Positions 39,317 to 49,078 of a stretch of DNA of 64,000 nt are shown here, in pieces. How positions within the stretch are numbered: the first letter of the stretch is position 1; each line of letters begins with the position of its first letter. Location of the stretch: positions 67-64,066 of the forward strand of contig RGVZ01000003.1 in assembly GCA_010029825.1 (NCBI GenBank), read 5' to 3'. Below the pieces are notes generated by a model. It made no database searches. It saw only the letters and a list, made by a program, of their open reading frames with translations, and had not been told where the DNA came from. A program made the position numbers and the translations under genes. Origin of the DNA: a bacterium (GTDB taxonomy: Bacteria; Bdellovibrionota_B; Oligoflexia; Oligoflexales; RGVZ01).

Positions 39317-39515
39317 GTCGTGATTCACTGCCGCAAGTCCCCGATGTTCCTTGCCGGCTGTCATGCTCTGGCACGATCCCGGTCTGGAATTGTCAAACGT
39401 TTTGACAGTTGGCGCTCCTTTGGCGTTATAAAAATCGACAGCTTTCAGGAAAACAATGGGTTACCGTTGGACTGTGAATTGCTCTCACGGTCACTGGAGG
39501 CGAGTTGTTGCTGCC

Positions 39516-41303
39516 ATGCGTCGTGTTGTTGCCACCATCTTAGTGCTGCTGTCCTTACAGGGTCTGGTTGCCTGCGACTGGATCATGCCATTCAACACGC
39601 GCGCTGGCGGCGATGCTGCGAATGTGGGTGGCGACCTTCCAAAGATTTACGAGAACGGGTTGAATCCTGATGGCGGTCTCCATGATGCAGCGCTCCCGCT
39701 GGAGAGCGACACAAACCGCGTCCCGTTTTCCAAGGTCAGCGCATTCAAGGGCGCTGCGATTCGTGAGCAGTACCAGTCCATGGATTACGACGATTTGCTC
39801 TGGTCCGTGGCGTTTTGCGATTGCGCGCCCAGATGGACCCATCGGGTATTGACCAGGATGCTGGAGGCCAACGGCGCGCTGCCACAAGTCCTCGTTCCGC
39901 AGATTCGTGAGGCCGTTTTGCGCGACAAGCGCATCCAGGCAGTTCTTCATCTTCCGGGTGGTGCCGATGGTGTCATCTCAAAGATTTTCGCCAATGACTC
40001 GCAACTTGAGAGTACAGTTCGCTCGAACTTGCTCTCGATGATCCAGACCGCGTGGCAGAACCCTCTCAGGATCGGATCATCCCAGCGTATTTATTTCGAT
40101 GGTTTTGCGCCGCTCCCGTGGCGCCGTCCGGCGTCTGCCGGCGGGAGCCAGGTACGCCCGGAAGGATTCAGTGTCGCGAACGCCGCGTCGAACTGGCTTC
40201 TGGTCACCAGTGGCCCGGCTCCGTGGACTGCAGGTCCCGGGCGCAGCCGTCCTGGATTGCCCCTGGAGCAGGATATCCAGCTGGTGAGCTGGGCCCGGAT
40301 GATGGCGGAAATCAATTACATACTGGGCGTCAAACGCGGATTCGATGGTCGCATTTACGGTGGCCTGATGATCAATCCGCATGATCCGTCGGGCGCCCTT
40401 CTCGGCTATGAGGTGCTCCCGGAGAATGGCGCGCCCGCTCTCGGTCTGTCTGGGGACCTCCGGATCGCCTATCAGCCAATGTCGTCCCTGAAATTGATCG
40501 TCAACGGCAAGGAGCGGTGGCAGCGCCAGCCCGGTGCGGTTGACCTCGCGGAACAGGCGCGCGTGTGGCGCGCGGGCGCCGCTATCTTCAAGGGGTTGCG
40601 GCTCGAATCCCGCAAGTACCCCGGGGCCATTTTCGGGCCAGATGACGCGAATATTTTCCCCGCCGACGCGCAACGGCTTGGACTCGCGTTCCTGCAGGGC
40701 ATGCAGGTCATCCTGGGTGACGAACTTGTCGCGCTGGACTCCATGACGATCGGTGACTCGTGGTCCCTGCCGGAGCAGCGCGTGCAGCGCAGCGAGACGG
40801 ACATTGTCAGCATGGTGCGCGTGGCGAACTCCCTTGCCGCGTGGTTGCAGGAAATCCAGTCTGTGGATTCATCCGGCCTGTCAGAAGCCGATAAATCGAC
40901 CCTGCGTGAGAGCATGCCGAAACTCCAGGATGCCCTTCGTTTGAGTGTCCTTCGCGCCCTGCGCCGCGGTTCCGACTGGCTTGCATTCGAGGCGGGTGAC
41001 GGAATGATTCCGGTCGCCAAGCAGGCGGAGATGATCGCTACTTTCGGCAAGGTAGAGCAAGAAATCCTGCGGAGTGGTTTTGTGCGGCGAAGACTGGCTG
41101 TCGTTGGCCAGAGGCTGATTGACAATCTCGCGACGCGTGTGGACTCCAACGGAGTGATTGCCTTGACGCCAGAAGAAGCCATCTGGTGTCGCGAGGCCTT
41201 GTCCCGTTTGAAATCATACAGCGCCAATGAGGCTGAGATCGCGAACTTTGTTCAAACCATCGACGCGGGGATCAAGGCGTGGGACGCTTCTGCCTCGATT
41301 TGA
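39516..41303 (+). CDS. Large hypothetical lipoprotein
   Basis: MRRVV...LVAC lipobox; ~595-aa ORF. Confidence 0.75.
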   Translation: MRRVVATILVLLSLQGLVACDWIMPFNTRAGGDAANVGGDLPKIYENGLNPDGGLHDAALPLESDTNRVPFSKVSAFKGAAIREQYQSMDYDDLLWSVAFCDCAPRWTHRVLTRMLEANGALPQVLVPQIREAVLRDKRIQAVLHLPGGADGVISKIFANDSQLESTVRSNLLSMIQTAWQNPLRIGSSQRIYFDGFAPLPWRRPASAGGSQVRPEGFSVANAASNWLLVTSGPAPWTAGPGRSRPGLPLEQDIQLVSWARMMAEINYILGVKRGFDGRIYGGLMINPHDPSGALLGYEVLPENGAPALGLSGDLRIAYQPMSSLKLIVNGKERWQRQPGAVDLAEQARVWRAGAAIFKGLRLESRKYPGAIFGPDDANIFPADAQRLGLAFLQGMQVILGDELVALDSMTIGDSWSLPEQRVQRSETDIVSMVRVANSLAAWLQEIQSVDSSGLSEADKSTLRESMPKLQDALRLSVLRALRRGSDWLAFEAGDGMIPVAKQAEMIATFGKVEQEILRSGFVRRRLAVVGQRLIDNLATRVDSNGVIALTPEEAIWCREALSRLKSYSANEAEIANFVQTIDAGIKAWDASASI

Positions 41304-42580
41304 CCGCGCGACCGGCCAGGCGTTCGCGCACTGGAACAGGTTCACGCCTGTTTCTCCTTGTTCTGTTGCTTGTCTCGTCGGCGGAAAGCGCTTTCGCGCA
41401 AAGCCTTCTTCCTGAGGGTATCGTCGCCTGGCAGGCCGGCTACCGTTCCTATCGAAGCCAGGAAAACGCGTTTGATTCCAATTTCCAGCTGCGCCCCATT
41501 GGCGCTGACTACACGATGAAGTTTGATCACGACATGCTCCGCAGCGGGAAAGCAGGAAAAGACCTGCAGCGTCTCGCGACGGTGCTTGACTCAGTGGGCG
41601 ATCCCGCGGAGACGCGACTCGATCTTGGTGTCCTCAAGCAACATGTGACGGCAGACCTGTCGGCCTCGATTTTCGGGTTGGCTTATGGGGCCAGCAAGGA
41701 TTTGACCATTTTTGCCGGCATTCCCTGGACCAAGGCCCAGGTGCGGAACCGTGTGGAGTTTTCCGGGTCCAACAACGCGATGGCAATCCTGGATCGTCTC
41801 GGGAACATGGCTTTTGACGAGCTCCGCGCCGGTCTGGAACAGGCCAGTCAACTTGACGCCGCGACCATTCGCAACGCGATCGAATCGGAAGGTTACGGTC
41901 CCGTGGACCACTGGGATTATTCCGGTATCGGTGACACGATCCTGGGGGGGCGTACAGCTTTCGACGTGGAGCTGATCTCCGGGCTGCCCCTTTCCATTGA
42001 ATACAGTCCTTCCATTTCACTGCCCACGGGTCATGCCGATGACCCTGACCTGATCAATGACGTTGGTCTCGGCAAAGGGTTCATCTCGATCGCGCAGTCC
42101 CTGACGCAAAGAGCCATGGTCTCAAGCAACCTGGTGCTCGGGATGGACCAGATGTATGCCTACAACATGGACGCCCGTGTGAAGCGCCGTGTACCTGAGG
42201 AAAACGAGTCCATCGTGGCAGCGGATCGCAAGACAAACGTCCTTTACAACCCCGGGGACGACGTCGAGCTTGGCGCTTTTTTTGAAGGTCGTTCGGGAAT
42301 TTATGGCGCCAGATTGCGGTTCGCGGATCACGTCCATTATGAGGATCGCTACACCGGCAGCATCGTTGGCAATTACGACAAGATGTCCGCGAGTTCGGGC
42401 ACCGAATTGCTGACTTACGAGGCTGGCTTCTCCATCAACACCGTGGAAGCCTACCAGAAGAAAGAATTCCTGGTTCCGTTCATCGCCAATTTCACCGCGA
42501 GTTTTCCGATCGCCGGTCAGAACAGTCCCAATTTTGAGTATTACGAATTCACTCTGACCAGTTTTTTGGATGCTCGCTGA
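41300..42580 (+). CDS. Putative outer-membrane beta-barrel protein
   Basis: Signal peptide (AFA-Q), amphipathic strands, SLPTG motif, near-terminal Phe; TTGA overlap with the upstream gene. Confidence 0.6.
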   Translation: MTARPARRSRTGTGSRLFLLVLLLVSSAESAFAQSLLPEGIVAWQAGYRSYRSQENAFDSNFQLRPIGADYTMKFDHDMLRSGKAGKDLQRLATVLDSVGDPAETRLDLGVLKQHVTADLSASIFGLAYGASKDLTIFAGIPWTKAQVRNRVEFSGSNNAMAILDRLGNMAFDELRAGLEQASQLDAATIRNAIESEGYGPVDHWDYSGIGDTILGGRTAFDVELISGLPLSIEYSPSISLPTGHADDPDLINDVGLGKGFISIAQSLTQRAMVSSNLVLGMDQMYAYNMDARVKRRVPEENESIVAADRKTNVLYNPGDDVELGAFFEGRSGIYGARLRFADHVHYEDRYTGSIVGNYDKMSASSGTELLTYEAGFSINTVEAYQKKEFLVPFIANFTASFPIAGQNSPNFEYYEFTLTSFLDAR

Positions 42581-42614
42581 ACCATTCGAATTTACTTGGT
42601 TTTTTCGGTGCCCT

Positions 42615-42641
42615 TCAGTTTTCCAGCACGCCGTCCGATAA
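42615..42641 (+). promoter_or_regulatory. Possible sigma28 (FliA) promoter
   Basis: TCAG-N15-TCCGATAA upstream of the 42667 gene. Confidence 0.4.
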
Positions 42642-42666
42642 GGGAGGACAATTTCAGGAGGCGCGC

Positions 42667-44184
42667 TTGAAAACAACGATTGGGATAACCAAATTTTTCG
42701 TCGTTTCGACGTTGTTGGTATTGGTTCCTGGCGTCAGCGCATGCACGTCCCAGACCGCGACCTCAAAAGATGTCGAAATGCGCGAAGGCCTCGCGCGCAA
42801 GATCGGCACCGGTGAGATTGTCATTTTCTACGCGAATGAGACGCCTCAAAGTCCCCAGATGCAGGCGCTGTACTCCCGCATAAATAACGCTGTGATGCTG
42901 GCTCAAAAATCCGGGGCTGCCGGTGCCGCCGAGATGGCGACCTTGGCGCGGATCCAGCGTTCCTACGCGGACGACCTGGAAAAGTTCTCCTCGCAGGTGG
43001 ACAAGGACGCTGGTGGTCTGGAGTCCAGGATTTGCGGCGCCCAAAACGCGTCGCGTAACACCGGCCTGTTCATTTTCACGAACCGACTGGCGCGGGCCGG
43101 AAAAGCCAGATTTTGCCTGCCAGCCAAATACGCCGGACAGGTTGAGGAAGTGGATTTCAACATTGGCCTGAGCGCTGCCGAGCAGCAGGATTTCCGTTAC
43201 GCGGAAATGCCGCTGTCGAGTGAAAAGGTTTTCGCCGCGACTCTGGACTTTGTGAAAACCGTAATGCAGGCGAAGGGAATTGCTCCTTCTGACCTCGCGT
43301 ATGTATTGATTACCAAATCACACGGTGGTGGCGATCTTGTCATCTCCCCGAAACTTTCTTACCGGGCAGACCTTTTATCTGACCAGGCACTGGCGCAGCG
43401 GTATGTCATGGTTGCCTCAACGGTCGCGATCCGCGAGGTTCGCCTGGTTGACCTGTCGCTTGAAAATGGCCAGAGGCTTGGTGACCTCATCGCGAATGGT
43501 GTCCAGTTGCAAAATGTCCTGATCCCCGCCTCGAAGGGCAAGGAAATGGCCTTGAAGATCGGCGACCTCAAGATCGCTGATGTCGACATGGGTCCGGACA
43601 AGCAAGCGAATCTCGCGAGCCTGAAGGTTGGCGACCTGAAGATCGGTGACCTGAAGATCGGGGATCTCAAGGTCGGCGACCTGAAAATCGGTGACCTGAA
43701 GGTTGGTGATCTTAAATCCGGCGATCTGAAAACCGGAGACCTGAAGCTTGGTGACTTGAAGATCGGAGACTTGAAATCGGGTGACCTCAAGACCGGCGAT
43801 TTGAAAATCGGTGACTTGAAATATGGTGATTTGAAGGTTTTCGACTTGAAGACCGGTGACTTGAAGAACGACCTGGGTTCTGAGTCGGGCGTCCTTGACG
43901 CGCCAGGAGTCTCAAAGACGGCGATGGTGGAAATTTTGAAGGGCGTGTCGCTGGCATTTCCCCTGGTGTTTTTTGAATCGTGCGACAGCGACCTTGGCGC
44001 TGATCTGACCTATGACTTGCTTTACGGGTCCTATGAGTGGAACGGCTCCACTGGCGTGGCTGCCGTATACTTCTCGGATGGCCGGGGATTGCGTTACGAG
44101 ACGGTCAATTACGGGACAATTCCGTTCATGAATCACTTCTCGGAATCCTTGAGAGGCATGCTGGACGCCGAGCGCTCACGCTGA
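42667..44184 (+). CDS. Lipoprotein with clan-CD-like peptidase motifs and an LKxGD pentapeptide array
   Basis: RBS AGGAGG, lipobox VSAC; ITKSHG and FFESCDS flank the repeats. Confidence 0.7.
   Translation: MKTTIGITKFFVVSTLLVLVPGVSACTSQTATSKDVEMREGLARKIGTGEIVIFYANETPQSPQMQALYSRINNAVMLAQKSGAAGAAEMATLARIQRSYADDLEKFSSQVDKDAGGLESRICGAQNASRNTGLFIFTNRLARAGKARFCLPAKYAGQVEEVDFNIGLSAAEQQDFRYAEMPLSSEKVFAATLDFVKTVMQAKGIAPSDLAYVLITKSHGGGDLVISPKLSYRADLLSDQALAQRYVMVASTVAIREVRLVDLSLENGQRLGDLIANGVQLQNVLIPASKGKEMALKIGDLKIADVDMGPDKQANLASLKVGDLKIGDLKIGDLKVGDLKIGDLKVGDLKSGDLKTGDLKLGDLKIGDLKSGDLKTGDLKIGDLKYGDLKVFDLKTGDLKNDLGSESGVLDAPGVSKTAMVEILKGVSLAFPLVFFESCDSDLGADLTYDLLYGSYEWNGSTGVAAVYFSDGRGLRYETVNYGTIPFMNHFSESLRGMLDAERSR
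43621..43860 (+). repeat. Coding 15-bp tandem repeat, 16 x LKxGD
   Basis: Degenerate YTGAARNNNGGNGAY units with synonymous variation. Confidence 0.95.
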
Positions 44185-46296
44185 AATCCGCGGCATGACG
44201 GTTCCGCTGGCGCTTGCCCGGGTGATAATCAACGCGGTCCGGTCGTCCGACTGGACTGTTTCTTTTCCCGCGTCGACCATGACCTGGTAAATGAAGTCCG
44301 CGTCGGCAGGCGCGTACTCGCCGAGCTTGTCGAGGCATTTTTTTGTTGCCCGGCTGCCATCGATGCATCCGTCAGTGAATGTCGCGATGAACTCGCCTGG
44401 CTGGAGGCTGATTTGAGCGTGGCCCAGGCGGACGGTCTCCTGGGTTCCAATCTGCTGCGACACGAGGGGAAGGTATCTGGCCCTGAGGCGCGATGGGCTC
44501 CGGCCCGCGGTCGTGATCCAGCCGGGAGTACCGCAGTTGAACAGCGTTATTTTTCCGGCGTCGTGTGAAGCCTCAATCACCATGACGCTCATGGTGGACA
44601 TGACTCGCCCCGCGAATAGTTTGAACAAGTGCCGGTTCAATCCGTTGATGGTATCCTCGACGCTGTCGTTGGCGTCAGCGTGCCCGGCAAGAGCGCTGAT
44701 GATGGTCGCGACGGCGAGGGCGGCCTGGGGCCCCTTGCCGGTGACGTCGCCGACAAAAAGTCGTGTCTCACCGTTCGCGGTGTTCCAGACGTAATACCAG
44801 TCGCCCGCCATGGTCTGGGCGCTCTCGAAATAAAATTGATATTCAAGATTCCCGGCGGCGGCTTTTCGTGTGGCCGGCAGCAGCATGTTCTGGACAGAGC
44901 GCGCCAGCTCCAGGCGGTCTTCCATCGCTTTCAAGTCGCGCTCGATGCGCAACTTGGCGTTGGCGGTATTGCCGTAATCGTAGGCCGTGATCGAGGCCAG
45001 CGCGGCGAACAGCACGAGGTCAAAGGCGTAGGTCCAGGGAAAACCGCTGAAATTCATGTCGAGGATGTCGGCCAGCAGGCGACGGTTCTCGAGGAACATC
45101 GGCGCAAGGGCGACAACGAAGAGGGCGAAGAGGATCCTGGCGGTTACGATTCGCGCTGGACTCTTTCTGCTTCGCTGAAGGTACTCGATGGTTGTCCACG
45201 ACGCGTAAAGCCCATAGAAAACGGCCATGGTCCTGCCCATGATCGTCAGCGCGAAGATCAGGTTGACGGTCCATTTCGCCGGGAGCGTCAGCCAGGCTGC
45301 GGTGATCAACCCTGCCTGAACCACCATGGTGATCCGGAATGCGCGAAAAAACCCGGGTGTCTTCATCCGGAAGAAGTCGTGTATGAACAGGATCAGCAGG
45401 AATTCCGTGAATGACTGCGCAATCGCCGCGAGGATGCCGCGGTTGACGCCCCATGCCTCGATCCATTCGGCGTAGCCTGACTCAAGGTGGATGCCTATCG
45501 ACGAGACCAGGATGTAAAGGATGAAGGAGAAAAGTTCCCGGTTCTGGGCCAGGAATACATAGAGGAACGCGAAGATGAAGCAGAAGGTGAGTCGCGGAAG
45601 CAGGAACCAGAGGAAGTAGGTTGTCTTGAGCTCATGGGACTTGAAGGCGGTTGCCTTGAGTGTCGCCCTGTCCCCGATCAACAAGTCCTTCCGGTTCGCG
45701 ACGCCCTGGTAAGGCAAGTTTCCCGGATCAATGCGCAGCGCCAGGTTGACGACCCCGTCCGCCCCGACAAGGCGTCTTGGTATTGTGAGGTTCATCGTTT
45801 CAGCCTCGCCCTCGTCAATCTGGACCCCGTTGACGAAGAATTCGTATCTCTTTGCCCAGACGTAAAGCGAATGGAGGGCGACCGGATTATCCGCGTTCAT
45901 TAATCCTGCGGGAATCTTGAGGGTGCTTCTCAGGTAGATGAATTGCCCCGGCTTGTAACCATTCAGAGGAAATTCCCGCGCGGGCAACACCATCCTGCGG
46001 GTGAAGTTCCCGGCCGGGTAGTCCGCGGTCAGGTGGCACTCAATGTTGCCGCACATGGGGGAATTTCCGTAAAAGACGTCCCATTCCAGTTTTTGCCGGG
46101 TCAGGTTCTCGAACGCGCGGTCCCGGTAAATATCTGTGGACGGCGCGAGAAGTTCTTTGATCTGCCCGCCAATGAACAAGACGGGAAACAGGACGCAAAC
46201 AGCCGCCACCAGCAGCGAGAACTTCCCGCGACGACGCAGCGCGAAAACGCCGTCGTTGATGTCGGTCGACCTTCTTTTTGGTTGCGGCTTGTCCAT
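44176..46296 (-). CDS. Membrane sensor with PP2C/SpoIIE phosphatase domain
   Basis: Extracellular domain plus ~7 TM; AGDWY, GDVTGKGPQAA, TDG and DDRT. Confidence 0.88.
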   Translation of the reverse strand: MDKPQPKRRSTDINDGVFALRRRGKFSLLVAAVCVLFPVLFIGGQIKELLAPSTDIYRDRAFENLTRQKLEWDVFYGNSPMCGNIECHLTADYPAGNFTRRMVLPAREFPLNGYKPGQFIYLRSTLKIPAGLMNADNPVALHSLYVWAKRYEFFVNGVQIDEGEAETMNLTIPRRLVGADGVVNLALRIDPGNLPYQGVANRKDLLIGDRATLKATAFKSHELKTTYFLWFLLPRLTFCFIFAFLYVFLAQNRELFSFILYILVSSIGIHLESGYAEWIEAWGVNRGILAAIAQSFTEFLLILFIHDFFRMKTPGFFRAFRITMVVQAGLITAAWLTLPAKWTVNLIFALTIMGRTMAVFYGLYASWTTIEYLQRSRKSPARIVTARILFALFVVALAPMFLENRRLLADILDMNFSGFPWTYAFDLVLFAALASITAYDYGNTANAKLRIERDLKAMEDRLELARSVQNMLLPATRKAAAGNLEYQFYFESAQTMAGDWYYVWNTANGETRLFVGDVTGKGPQAALAVATIISALAGHADANDSVEDTINGLNRHLFKLFAGRVMSTMSVMVIEASHDAGKITLFNCGTPGWITTAGRSPSRLRARYLPLVSQQIGTQETVRLGHAQISLQPGEFIATFTDGCIDGSRATKKCLDKLGEYAPADADFIYQVMVDAGKETVQSDDRTALIITRASASGTVMPRISA

Positions 46297-46398
46297 CGAA
46301 CCCCGGACGCGAAGGTGATAATTCCCGGATTCTTTTCGGCAAATTCGTGGAATGATGAAGCGACGGGGGGCCTTGGCAATCCGGCAAAAAAGGCGAAT

Positions 46399-47268
46399 TC
46401 AGTCCGGCCGGACTGGCGTTTTGGCGAGAAGTTCGCGGATGACGTGTGACGCCGCCGCCATGCCAAATGTTGAGGTGACGCCGACCATCGTTCCCATGAT
46501 GACATTCCTTTTATTGCGGAGGTCATCCTCGCTGAGTGGCTCGCCGGTCTTTTCCCGGTCAGCGTCATCAGGTCCCATGATCTCGAACCTCCCACGTTCC
46601 GCCTCCGGGTGTGATGGCATGATGGATGGAGCCGGATCTTCCTCTGAGAAAACAGCCGGGATCTTGAACGTGGAGTTGGTTGAGAATCCATACTTCTTGC
46701 GAAGGTAGACGCGCACCATCCGCGCGAGAGGGTCGATTTTTGTTTTGGCGAGATCGGCGATGCGCACCTGCGTGGGGTCGAGGCGGCCGCCTGCGCCGGT
46801 CGAGACGATGACGGGAATCCCACGTTGCCTGCAGTGGATGATGAGCGCGCACTTGTTGCCAAGCTGGTCGATCGCGTCGATGACAAAGTCGATCGGCTTG
46901 CCATCGTGACCGGCAGGGTCAAGCAGTGCCGGCAAGGTGTCCGGATTGATGTGCTCGAAGCGGGGGCGGATTTCCGCGCGCGGCGATATCAGGCGCAGCC
47001 TTTCGGCGACGACTTCGACCTTGGGTCGGTCGAGGGTGCTTTCGAGGCCCGGCATCTGCCGGTTGAGCGTGGTCAGCGAGACCCGGTCCATGTCGACGAG
47101 AGTGATCCGTCCGATCCCGGACCTGATGAGGGCCTCGCAAGCCCAGGATCCCACGCCGCCCATGCCAGCCACCAGGACGTGACAGTCGTGCAGGCGGCGC
47201 ACGCCTGCCTCTCCGATCAAGCGGCCAAGTCGTTCAAATCTCCGGTCAATGTGTCCGTTTACCAGCAT
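46399..47268 (-). CDS. tcdA: tRNA threonylcarbamoyladenosine dehydratase (ThiF family)
   Basis: GMGGVGSW..EAL.RSG, NRQ, DAID, GAGGRLDPT, DPLA and VFSEE. Confidence 0.88.
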   Translation of the reverse strand: MLVNGHIDRRFERLGRLIGEAGVRRLHDCHVLVAGMGGVGSWACEALIRSGIGRITLVDMDRVSLTTLNRQMPGLESTLDRPKVEVVAERLRLISPRAEIRPRFEHINPDTLPALLDPAGHDGKPIDFVIDAIDQLGNKCALIIHCRQRGIPVIVSTGAGGRLDPTQVRIADLAKTKIDPLARMVRVYLRKKYGFSTNSTFKIPAVFSEEDPAPSIMPSHPEAERGRFEIMGPDDADREKTGEPLSEDDLRNKRNVIMGTMVGVTSTFGMAAASHVIRELLAKTPVRPD

Positions 47269-47337
47269 GGCGGGCGGTAATTATCCGAACATCGATCACG
47301 ACTCAAGGTTTATCGGGTAAAAACCGAAACGGCTGCC

Positions 47338-48219
47338 ATGTCGCTTTGTTACACAGGATCACAGGTCGTTTCCGGTTGCGCGCGCCTTCTGGCCGTGCTG
47401 CTTGGAATCTTGCCAGCTTGCGCCCAGGAGAGCCAAGTCAGTCGTGGTCCGCCGCGTCCTGCCGGCCAGTCCGCGACGGATGCCCAAGACGCGGTCGCGC
47501 CTGGCACGCAGCCCGGAGTCCAGCCAGTCTCTACGGCAACCACTCAGGTTGTCCGGCAAAAGATCCAGTTCAGAGGGAGCCGGGGTGACACGGTTCCAGG
47601 TTATCTGTGGGTTCCTCCTGGTTCCGCCGCTGTGAGACATCCCGGCATCATTGTCATGTACGGAATTACGGGAAACAAGGACGACGGTGGAGTGGCGGAG
47701 GCTTCGCAGATTCTGGCCAAATCCGGATTTGTCGCGATGACTTTGGACTGGCCGGGCACCGGTGACCGCTTGCCAGCCATCAAGAAGAGCGACCGGGTGA
47801 CGAACCCGGGCATCAAAGACTGGACTGTGGATGACTACGGCGCGGCCCTGAACTGGTTGTCCACGCGACCGGAGGTAGACCCGCAAAGGCTTGGATACGC
47901 GGGGGCCAGCATGGGCGCGATGACAGGCCTTGTTTTCGCGAAGCGTGACCAGAGGGTGCGAGCCATCGTGGCCATGGTGCCGCTACCCGTTCCGATCCTG
48001 TGGGGCGGTGATGACCCGTCCCTCGCAATCCGTGATGTGTCGCCGCGCCCGGTGCTGTGCATCATGGCAACGGGTGATGCCGCGGGGCCGGCCGTTTGCA
48101 ACAATGCCGGTCCCAACTCAGAAAAACTCACGTTTCCGGATGAACACGAGTTGTCGAATTCACGGGTACAGGCCGCGAATGCCGCCCGCGATTTTTTCAT
48201 GCGCCAGCTTGGACGGTAA
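47338..48219 (+). CDS. Secreted/lipoprotein alpha/beta hydrolase
   Basis: LPAC lipobox, RPEVDPQRLG, GASMG nucleophile; start uncertain. Confidence 0.85.
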   Translation: MSLCYTGSQVVSGCARLLAVLLGILPACAQESQVSRGPPRPAGQSATDAQDAVAPGTQPGVQPVSTATTQVVRQKIQFRGSRGDTVPGYLWVPPGSAAVRHPGIIVMYGITGNKDDGGVAEASQILAKSGFVAMTLDWPGTGDRLPAIKKSDRVTNPGIKDWTVDDYGAALNWLSTRPEVDPQRLGYAGASMGAMTGLVFAKRDQRVRAIVAMVPLPVPILWGGDDPSLAIRDVSPRPVLCIMATGDAAGPAVCNNAGPNSEKLTFPDEHELSNSRVQAANAARDFFMRQLGR

Positions 48220-48220
48220 G

Positions 48221-49078
48221 TCATCCGGGGATGGCAATCTGGAAGACACGTGAGAGGTTCTCCCGGCTGAGGTCGAGGATGGCGCCAACGGTCTCGCCTT
48301 TGCCCCGGGCGAGCGCCACTTTTTCCGCGACCTCAATGATGACTGCGGGCGTTACATGCGCGGGCTTGACCTTTGAAGAGCCACGTTCGCGCGCCCCGAT
48401 GGCTCCCGTCGGGGCGTCGGACTCGATCACGAGAATCCTGTCGGGTATCGCCGCGAGATTTTCCCTGGACATCCCGGCGATCCCGTTTGGGCCGATGGAG
48501 AGCAGCATGCCAAGGCGCGCGTATTCAACGATCAGGTTTTTTTCGCCGCGGAACGCGTGGACGAGTCCCGTGGTACCGGGATGCGCGTGAAGTTCTCGCA
48601 GGCAGGCGCCGTGTGCCTTCACGACATGGAGCACGACCGGCATTCCCAGCTTCCCGGCAAGGCGCAAGTGGCGCCTGAACCAGTCCAGTTGTCGCTCGCG
48701 ATCTTGTTTATCTGTGGCGAGAGCGTGATCGAGCCCGGTTTCTCCGATCGCTGAGGGCATCATTCCTGTGTGGTCTGCCCGCGTGGTTAATCGTGACTCC
48801 AGTTTCTGGAACGCCTCGCGGCATTCTTCGCCGGACGCGTTGTGGACAAACCAGGGATGCAGGCCAAAGCTCATCTGGATCCGGTTGCCAAATTTTTCAC
48901 GCAGCCTCAGTTGCCTGTCCCAGTCGCCGGGGTCGTAGCCGCCGAGGAAGAACGCGCCTATCCCAAGACTCTCGCAGTGATGGATCATCGTCGCGGCGAA
49001 TTCCGGTTCTTCAAGGATGTGGGCATGCGCGTCCACATGACGTGGGCCAGCGGGCTGAGATGGGTTTTCAGGCGACAT
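48221..49078 (-). CDS. tatD: TatD family nuclease
   Basis: DAHAH, GLHPW, IGETGLD, LHVV, VHAF and ESDAP. Confidence 0.9.
   Translation of the reverse strand: MSPENPSQPAGPRHVDAHAHILEEPEFAATMIHHCESLGIGAFFLGGYDPGDWDRQLRLREKFGNRIQMSFGLHPWFVHNASGEECREAFQKLESRLTTRADHTGMMPSAIGETGLDHALATDKQDRERQLDWFRRHLRLAGKLGMPVVLHVVKAHGACLRELHAHPGTTGLVHAFRGEKNLIVEYARLGMLLSIGPNGIAGMSRENLAAIPDRILVIESDAPTGAIGARERGSSKVKPAHVTPAVIIEVAEKVALARGKGETVGAILDLSRENLSRVFQIAIPG

Noticed and set aside
47303-47330. TCAAG...ACCGAAAC sigma28-like motif
   Set aside because: Spacing and -10 element are imperfect, and the gene start is uncertain
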